35,803 nt of DNA. Source: Chloroflexota bacterium. Lineage in GTDB: Bacteria > Chloroflexota > UBA6077 > JACCZL01. Positions within the stretch are counted from its first letter, which is position 1. Each line of letters opens with the position of its first letter. Position numbers and translations under genes: made by a program. Where the stretch lies: the NCBI GenBank assembly GCA_038318015.1, contig JBBQBU010000003.1, forward strand, positions 1 to 35,803. The letters are read 5' to 3'. Of this stretch, positions 30,368 to 35,803 are shown in pieces. The notes under the pieces were generated by a model. The model was given only the letters and a program-made list of their open reading frames with translations, was not told the DNA's origin and did no database searches.

Positions 30368-33139
30368 ATGCTTCGCTTCCTGCCATCGTCGGCCGCCCAG
30401 GTCGGCCGTCGGACCCCCCCGCGACGCCTTGCCTTGCCGTGCTGGGTGTTGGCAGTTGGCCTGCTCATCTCCGCGTGCGCCCCACCGCCCGCGCCGCCAA
30501 GCCCGCACGGCCTGCTACGGCCACCGTCGGCTGTGGCCGGCGCGGTGGCACCTGGCCTGACGGCCGTGCCCGGGCCGCTCCCGTTCCCGATTGAGCAGAA
30601 CGTCGGCCAGGCCGGCTCGAGCGTCGGCTATCTGCTGCGGGCAGGGGCGATGAAAGTCGGATTTGGGGCTGGAGAGCTGACATTCGTTCTCGATGGTAGC
30701 AGCACACTCGCCAGCCCGGGAAGCGCAGGCTGGCGCCAGAACCATCACGCGCACTCCTTTTTCGATACGCCAGCGCCTCGATGGACCGTGCGGCAGGAAC
30801 TGGTCGGTGCAAGCAAGGCGATGCCGAGCGGCACGGTAGAAAGTCCGACGACGGTCAGCTACTTCAAGGGCGGTCCGGAGCAGTGGCTGGTGGGGGTGCC
30901 GACCTTCCAGCAGGTCGCGTACACCGATGCCTGGCCTGGGATCACCGTGACCTACGAGCGTGGGTCCGTTGGTCCGAAGTCGGCTTATCACGTGTCGGCC
31001 GGGGCCGACCCGGGGCAGATCCGGGTGCTCTACAGCGGTGCGCGCGTACGCGTGGACGAGGTCGGGGTGCTGGTGGCTGAAACGCCGCTCGGGGTGTTGC
31101 GCGAATCGCCCCCGGTAGCGTGGCAGGAACGCGACGGGACACGGGTAATGGTCGATGCGCGTTATAAGCTGCTGGGCGAGTCGAGTTTGGACGACGCCGA
31201 ATATGGATTTGCGCTCGGAGCCTATGACGCCGATCTGCCGTTGGTGATCGACCCGCAGATCGCCTACACCTCGTACGTCGGCGGGAGTGGGACAGACTGG
31301 AGCCGTGCGATCGCAGTTGACGGGGCTGGCAACGCCTACCTAACCGGCCATGTTGACAACGGTGCGACATTTCCGGGCTCGCCAGCCACGTTTGACAACA
31401 GCCCCAACGGCGATTGGGATGCGTTCATCGTCAAGATGAATCCGGCCGGGACGGCATTGCTGTACGCCGGCTTCATAGGAGGCACCGGCCAGGAGATCGG
31501 TTTCGGGATCACCGTCGACGGGGCCGGCAGCGCCTACATCGCCGGCCTGATCGGCTCATCGGGGACGTCGTTCCCGGATGGCGACGGCATGGGTGCGCTG
31601 GCGACCTTCGATGGCACCTACAACGGCGGCGAGGACGCCTTCGTGGCGAAGGTCAATCCGACTGGGACGGCCTTGCTGTACGCCGGGTACATCGGGGGCA
31701 GCGGGCCGGAAACAGCCTCCGGTATCGCTGTTGACGGGGCGGGCAACGCCTACGTCGCCGGACTGACCGGCTCATCGGAAACAACGTTCCCGGATGGCGA
31801 CGGCATGGGTGCGCTAACAACCCTGGACGGCACCTACAACGGAGGCGGCGGGGACGCCTACGTGGTCAAAATCAACTCGGCCGGAACGGCCCTGCTCTAC
31901 GCCTCCTACATCGGGGGCGATGGGTACGACCAGGCCTATGCCATCGCGGTAGACGGGGCCGGCACCGCTTACCTCGCGGGCCGCGCCGAGTCAAGCAGCG
32001 CGACGTTCCCGACCGGGGCCGGCATGGGGGGGCTGACAACCTTCGACGGTACCTCCAACGGAGGAGGCGGGGACGCCTTCGTGGTCAAGGTGAACCCGGC
32101 GGGGACGGCCTTGCAGTACGCCGGGTTTATCGGGGGCAACGCGTACGATTTCGCGTACGGCATCGCAATCGATGCGGCCGGCAATGCCTACGTCGTTGGC
32201 TCCGCTGAATCGAGTCAGGCGACGTTCCCGAACGGGAGCGGCATGGGGTCGCTGACGTCCTTCGACAAGACATTCAACGGCACCACGGACGCGTTCGTGG
32301 CGAAGGTCAATCCGACCGGGACGGCCTTACTGTACGTCGGGTATATCGGTGGCGGCGGGATCGACGTTGCTGTCGGCATAGCAGTCGATGCGGCCGGCAA
32401 TGCCTACATTGCTGGAGGAACCACGTCGTCGGAGACGACGTTCCCGGACGGCGACGGCATGGGCACGCTGGCGACCTTCGACGGCACCTACAACGCCGTC
32501 ACGTCCGCGTTCGGAGACGCGTTCGTGGCGAAGGTCAATCCGACCGGGACGGCCCTACTGTACGCCGGGTACCTTGGGGGTGACGGGCAGGATACGTCGC
32601 CGCCGTATAGCACAGAGGTGAGCACCGGAATCGCGGTCGATGCGGCCGGAAATGCCTACGTCACAGGTCGTACCAACTCCAGCGAGGCGACCTTTCCGGA
32701 CGGGCTCGGCATGACCGGCCTGCCTACATTTGACAGCACCTACGGTGGCGGTTTGGCCGACGCGTTCGTCGTGAAGGTAACCCCGGGTGCCACCTGTGCG
32801 TTGGCCGGGCGGCCAGCGGCAGCGGGACTCACCTATGCCAACGCCGCCTGGCAGTACGCCTACTACGATTACATTACGTACGGCACGACCAACAGTTACT
32901 ACGCATTGGTCTATGAATATCAGGCCTATCTCAGCAGCCAAGCAGGCGCCACTGCACATGCGAGCGGAAATTATGCGACGGCGAAGACGAACTTCAATGC
33001 TGCGGCCACCTACGCCTACTACGGCCACCAGTACGCCTATGCCTCCTACCTGGCTTCCAGTAGCCCGTATGCGAACTTCGCCTACGCGTATGGATATTAC
33101 GTCGTGGCATATGAGAACCAGGCCTACGTTAGCTGCTAG
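30368..33139 (+). CDS. Surface lipoprotein with a seven-bladed SBBP beta-propeller and a Tyr-rich C-terminal domain
   Basis: Likely start ATG 30368 (923 aa). Lipobox LISAC; N-terminal domain typical of SBBP proteins (IEQNVGQ ... LVIDP); 7 repeats of IAVDxAGNAYxxG...FP...DAFVxKxNPxGTALLYAG; 114-aa Cys-bounded tail with 25 Tyr. Confidence 0.85.
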   Translation: MLRFLPSSAAQVGRRTPPRRLALPCWVLAVGLLISACAPPPAPPSPHGLLRPPSAVAGAVAPGLTAVPGPLPFPIEQNVGQAGSSVGYLLRAGAMKVGFGAGELTFVLDGSSTLASPGSAGWRQNHHAHSFFDTPAPRWTVRQELVGASKAMPSGTVESPTTVSYFKGGPEQWLVGVPTFQQVAYTDAWPGITVTYERGSVGPKSAYHVSAGADPGQIRVLYSGARVRVDEVGVLVAETPLGVLRESPPVAWQERDGTRVMVDARYKLLGESSLDDAEYGFALGAYDADLPLVIDPQIAYTSYVGGSGTDWSRAIAVDGAGNAYLTGHVDNGATFPGSPATFDNSPNGDWDAFIVKMNPAGTALLYAGFIGGTGQEIGFGITVDGAGSAYIAGLIGSSGTSFPDGDGMGALATFDGTYNGGEDAFVAKVNPTGTALLYAGYIGGSGPETASGIAVDGAGNAYVAGLTGSSETTFPDGDGMGALTTLDGTYNGGGGDAYVVKINSAGTALLYASYIGGDGYDQAYAIAVDGAGTAYLAGRAESSSATFPTGAGMGGLTTFDGTSNGGGGDAFVVKVNPAGTALQYAGFIGGNAYDFAYGIAIDAAGNAYVVGSAESSQATFPNGSGMGSLTSFDKTFNGTTDAFVAKVNPTGTALLYVGYIGGGGIDVAVGIAVDAAGNAYIAGGTTSSETTFPDGDGMGTLATFDGTYNAVTSAFGDAFVAKVNPTGTALLYAGYLGGDGQDTSPPYSTEVSTGIAVDAAGNAYVTGRTNSSEATFPDGLGMTGLPTFDSTYGGGLADAFVVKVTPGATCALAGRPAAAGLTYANAAWQYAYYDYITYGTTNSYYALVYEYQAYLSSQAGATAHASGNYATAKTNFNAAATYAYYGHQYAYASYLASSSPYANFAYAYGYYVVAYENQAYVSC
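31290..32780 (+). repeat. Intragenic tandem repeats encoding the 7 SBBP blades (roughly 190-240 bp units)
   Basis: Recurring DNA blocks such as TTCCCGGATGGCGACGGCATGGG, GACGGCACCTACAACGG and GTGGCGAAGGTCAATCCGAC, in frame within the ORF. Boundaries approximate. Confidence 0.85.
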
Positions 33140-33184
33140 CGCGCAGAGTATTCCGTGCGCTGGCGCCAGGAGGAAAAAACCGTG

Positions 33185-33850
33185 ATGCCAAAACTTCCGA
33201 GCCGGGCCACCCTGCTCATCCCCCTGCTGAGTCTGGGTCTGCTCGTACCCGGCTTCATCCCAAGCCTAACGCAAGCCGACACGTTGCCCACACCCTGTGA
33301 GTTGATCGCTGCGGCGGATCCAGCGGAGGACACGGCGCTGCTGCTGCGTGGGATCCTGACTGTTGACCTGGATCCGGACTTTGCCCTCGCCCCGCCGCTC
33401 CCCCATCTGGCCGCCCCTCCGCCCCCGGGAGTTCCCGTAGCACCGAAGCCCCTCGGCACCGACTTGCGCCCGCCAGATTTGGCGCTGTTCAATCAGGAGC
33501 CGATTGCGGCGGCCCGTCAACTCCGAGAGAGCCTGTCCGAGAAGCAGAAGGCGGATCTGCGGGTCGTGTTGACAAAACACCAGGGCGCACATCAGCAAGT
33601 TCGATCGCGGTTGCCCGGGCTTCCATCCGAGGCGCGGGGGAACAAGCCTCTGAAGGCCGATCAGGAGGCCACGCTGAACCAAGTGTCAACGGACGTGCAG
33701 CGTATCTCCGATCAGACCGACCAGGACATCGAGTCGCTCCTCACACCCGCGCAGCGAGCGCTGCTCCAGAAGTCCCGGCCAAAGCGATTTCGGGCGGAAC
33801 AGCCGGAGTCGTCAGAGGTCGTCTCAGAGGAACGTGCGCCGGGCTGCTGA
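33185..33850 (+). CDS. Secreted Spy/CpxP-like (LTxxQ motif) helical protein
   Basis: AGGAGG RBS near 33168-33173, GTG 33182 or ATG 33185. Signal peptide MPKLPSRATLLIPLLSLGLLVPGFIPSLTQA, Pro-rich linker, and paired motifs LSEKQKADL and LTPAQRALL. Confidence 0.6.
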   Translation: MPKLPSRATLLIPLLSLGLLVPGFIPSLTQADTLPTPCELIAAADPAEDTALLLRGILTVDLDPDFALAPPLPHLAAPPPPGVPVAPKPLGTDLRPPDLALFNQEPIAAARQLRESLSEKQKADLRVVLTKHQGAHQQVRSRLPGLPSEARGNKPLKADQEATLNQVSTDVQRISDQTDQDIESLLTPAQRALLQKSRPKRFRAEQPESSEVVSEERAPGC

Positions 33851-34030
33851 AGGATCGACCCATAGGCTCGGCTCCATTCATCCAGAAGGGTGAGCGGGCG
33901 GGCGTACTTCTGAAGGCGGTGAATGAGAAACCCTTCGCCGGACCGCGACAACGAATCAGGCGCGCCGAGAGTAGAATTCGGTCCGCCGGTAAAGTCGTTG
34001 CGGCGACGCCGTGACCGGATGCCGGAACTG

Positions 34031-34039
34031 TGGTACATT
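34031..34039 (+). promoter_or_regulatory. Putative extended -10 promoter (TGgTACATT) for the glycosyltransferase
   Basis: TG-n-TACATT about 50 nt upstream of ATG 34090. Confidence 0.4.
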
Positions 34040-34089
34040 GAGGCCCGTCGATTTGAGAGTGCGGAAGGGCGAACTCCGATCAAGAAACC

Positions 34090-35370
34090 ATGAGAGTCAA
34101 TATGATCGCCATCGGCGGACAAGGCGACGTTCGGCCCTACATGGCGCTTGGAGTCCGCCTCCAACAGATGGGTCACTCCGTCAAGATTGCCACACATAGC
34201 GAGTTTGAAGCGCATACTCGCGACCTTGGCCTCGGCTTCATCGAGATCGGCGGTAGCCCCCGCGCGATGCTCGAAAGTGAGGCCGGCCAGCGCTGGCTCG
34301 AAGCCGGCTCAAATGTGTTCGCGCACATTCGCTGGGGTGCAGAAGCTGTGCGGCCGCTGCTGGATGATCGCGCGCGCGACATCACGAAGGCCTGCCTGGG
34401 AACCGAAGCGATCATTTACTCACCGATGGCGTACCCGGCCGCGCACCTCGCGGAGCGGATGGGTATTCCCTGCTTCGCCGCTGACCCCGTTCCGCAGTAT
34501 CGGACGCGGTACTTCCCAAGCCCGGTATTCGGGGGTGGGCGGTCACTGGGTTGGCCGATCAACTGGCTGTCCCACATACTTATCGACCAGTATTGGTGGC
34601 AGCAAATGCGGCGATCAGTCAACCAGTGGCGCGTCGGAGCCTTGGACCTTCCACCGATCGGCCTGCTTGGCCCGACCTTTCGACGGGACCGCACCGTCCC
34701 CATGCTGCTGTGTTACAGCCCATTGATCTCCCCTGTCCCCCCCGACTGGCCAGCCTCGAACCATGTGACCGGCACCTGGTTTTTCGACTCGCCGGCAGAC
34801 TTCGAGCCGCCCCGCGACATCGTCGACTTCCTGGCCGCTGGCCCGCCGCCGGTCTCGGTCGGCTTCGGTTCGATGGTCGCCCGCGACGCCGAACGCCTGA
34901 CCGACCTCGTGGTGAAGGCGCTTCGCCTGGCCGGAAAGCGCGGTATCATCCAGAGTGGCTGGGGCGGCCTGGGCGAGCGGATCGACGGCACGGATATCTT
35001 GGCGGTTCGTTCGGCCGAGCATAACTGGCTGTTCCCACAGGTCGCGGCAGTGATCCACCACGGCGGCAGTGGCACCACCGCCGCCGGGCTACGGGCCGGT
35101 GTGCCCTCGATCGTGACGCCGTTCTTCGCGGATCAGCCCTACTGGGCGCGACGGGTGTATGAGCTTGGTGCCGGCCCGGCCCCGATTCCCCACAGGCAAC
35201 TCACGGCCGAAAGGCTCGCGGCGGCGATCCGGCGGGCGACCGAGGACGAGGGCATCCGGTCTCGGGCAGCCGCGTTGGGTGCAGCGCTGCGAGCCGAGGA
35301 CGGCGTCGGCCATGCTGCAGCGGTCTTCGAATCGTACGTCGAGAACTGGTCGGGCGCTTCGGTCATCTGA
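34090..35370 (+). CDS. GT-B glycosyltransferase, family GT1 (sterol glucosyltransferase/RhlB-like)
   Basis: 426 aa. GGQGDVRPY, VGFGSM, HNWLFP, HHGGSGTTAAGLRAGVP and PFFADQPYW. Confidence 0.93.
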   Translation: MRVNMIAIGGQGDVRPYMALGVRLQQMGHSVKIATHSEFEAHTRDLGLGFIEIGGSPRAMLESEAGQRWLEAGSNVFAHIRWGAEAVRPLLDDRARDITKACLGTEAIIYSPMAYPAAHLAERMGIPCFAADPVPQYRTRYFPSPVFGGGRSLGWPINWLSHILIDQYWWQQMRRSVNQWRVGALDLPPIGLLGPTFRRDRTVPMLLCYSPLISPVPPDWPASNHVTGTWFFDSPADFEPPRDIVDFLAAGPPPVSVGFGSMVARDAERLTDLVVKALRLAGKRGIIQSGWGGLGERIDGTDILAVRSAEHNWLFPQVAAVIHHGGSGTTAAGLRAGVPSIVTPFFADQPYWARRVYELGAGPAPIPHRQLTAERLAAAIRRATEDEGIRSRAAALGAALRAEDGVGHAAAVFESYVENWSGASVI

Positions 35371-35465
35371 GTTCTACCTGCATCTACCCGGATCACTGTC
35401 AGACACATCCGCGATGATGCGGCACTCCCGTCGATGGCCTCGGTAGTCCGTCCACGATTCCGCGA

Positions 35466-35543
35466 CTAGTGGGTCACGCTCCATATAGTTGAGGATCCGA
35501 CCAGATTGACGCATCCCCAATCAAATACGACGTGACCCACTAG
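35466..35543. mobile_element. 70-bp ends-only MITE (35470-35539) flanked by CTAG
   Basis: Perfect 14-bp inverted repeat ACTAGTGGGTCACG (35465-35478) / CGTGACCCACTAGT (35531-35544). Inside the CTAGs the termini align at 19 of 27 positions. Confidence 0.6.
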
Positions 35544-35578
35544 TGACACTGAGCGGCAATGCAAGGTCGGAGGGCTTA

Positions 35579-35803
35579 GGCATTGCCGAGTAATAACAGT
35601 GTCAATGTGATGGCGTTGTGACGGTCCGCAAGCATGACGCGAGCTAGAGTGTCGGCATGATGGAAACGCTGGAGGCGATCAAGCGGCGATTTGAGCTGCT
35701 GGCTCCGGGGCTCGACGAGCGGCAGCGGCGGTTGCTCGCAGCGTCAGAGGCGCTGGTGCTTGGTCGGGGCGGTGGTGTTGCGGTGTCGCGAGTGACGGGG
35801 GTC
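35579..35803 (+). mobile_element. Left end of an ISAzo13-family insertion sequence (runs off the window)
   Basis: Putative terminus TTA|GGCATTGCCGAGTAATAAC about 78 nt upstream of the transposase start. Boundary approximate. Confidence 0.65.
35657..35803 (+). CDS. ISAzo13-family transposase, N-terminal fragment (3' truncated by the window)
   Basis: MMETLEAIKRRFELLAPGLDERQRRLLAASEALVLGRGGGVAVSRVTGV; the LDERxRRLxAAxEAxxLGxGGxxxVSRxTG motif is characteristic. Confidence 0.85.
   Translation, partial: MMETLEAIKRRFELLAPGLDERQRRLLAASEALVLGRGGGVAVSRVTGV

Noticed and set aside
31290-32780. Regularly spaced DNA repeats resembling a CRISPR array
   Set aside because: Units are about 200 bp, degenerate at codon third positions and in frame within a protein; no cas genes are present.
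32795-33139. Tyr-rich segment as a RiPP precursor
   Set aside because: It is fused in frame to a large lipoprotein, with no leader peptide and no RiPP-modifying enzyme in the window.

Overview
GC-rich bacterial window that starts inside an IS66-family transposase and ends inside an ISAzo13-family transposase. Most of it is a hybrid cis-AT PKS/NRPS gene cluster split into two divergent arms around a ~670-bp intergenic region (12197-12865). The right arm (+) carries PKS-A (KS-AT-truncated DH-KR-ACP) and PKS-B (KS-AT-DH-cMT-ER-KR-ACP). The left arm (-) carries PKS-C (KS-AT-DH-KR-ACP), a TE-less NRPS (C-A-PCP) whose A-domain code points to beta-alanine, two translationally coupled alpha/beta-hydrolase-fold proteins with non-canonical nucleophile elbows (GLRLG and GHCSG, resembling the exosortase-A-associated hydrolase 2/1 pair) and a GalE-like NDP-sugar epimerase. 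Further right are a type II thioesterase, a CocE/NonD hydrolase with a Tat-like signal, a Methyltransf_24-type SAM methyltransferase, an internally deleted IS256 remnant, a 7-bladed SBBP beta-propeller lipoprotein with a Cys-bounded Tyr-rich tail, a secreted Spy/CpxP-like protein and a GT1 glycosyltransferase. Best candidate for a new system (inference): a short polyketide-beta-alanyl chain off-loaded by the odd hydrolase pair onto a sugar, glycan or lipid rather than released by a thioesterase. Non-coding features of note are a 54-bp spacerless palindrome and a 70-bp ends-only MITE. No rRNA, tRNA or CRISPR array was seen. All family assignments come from motif recognition by eye; no database searches were run.
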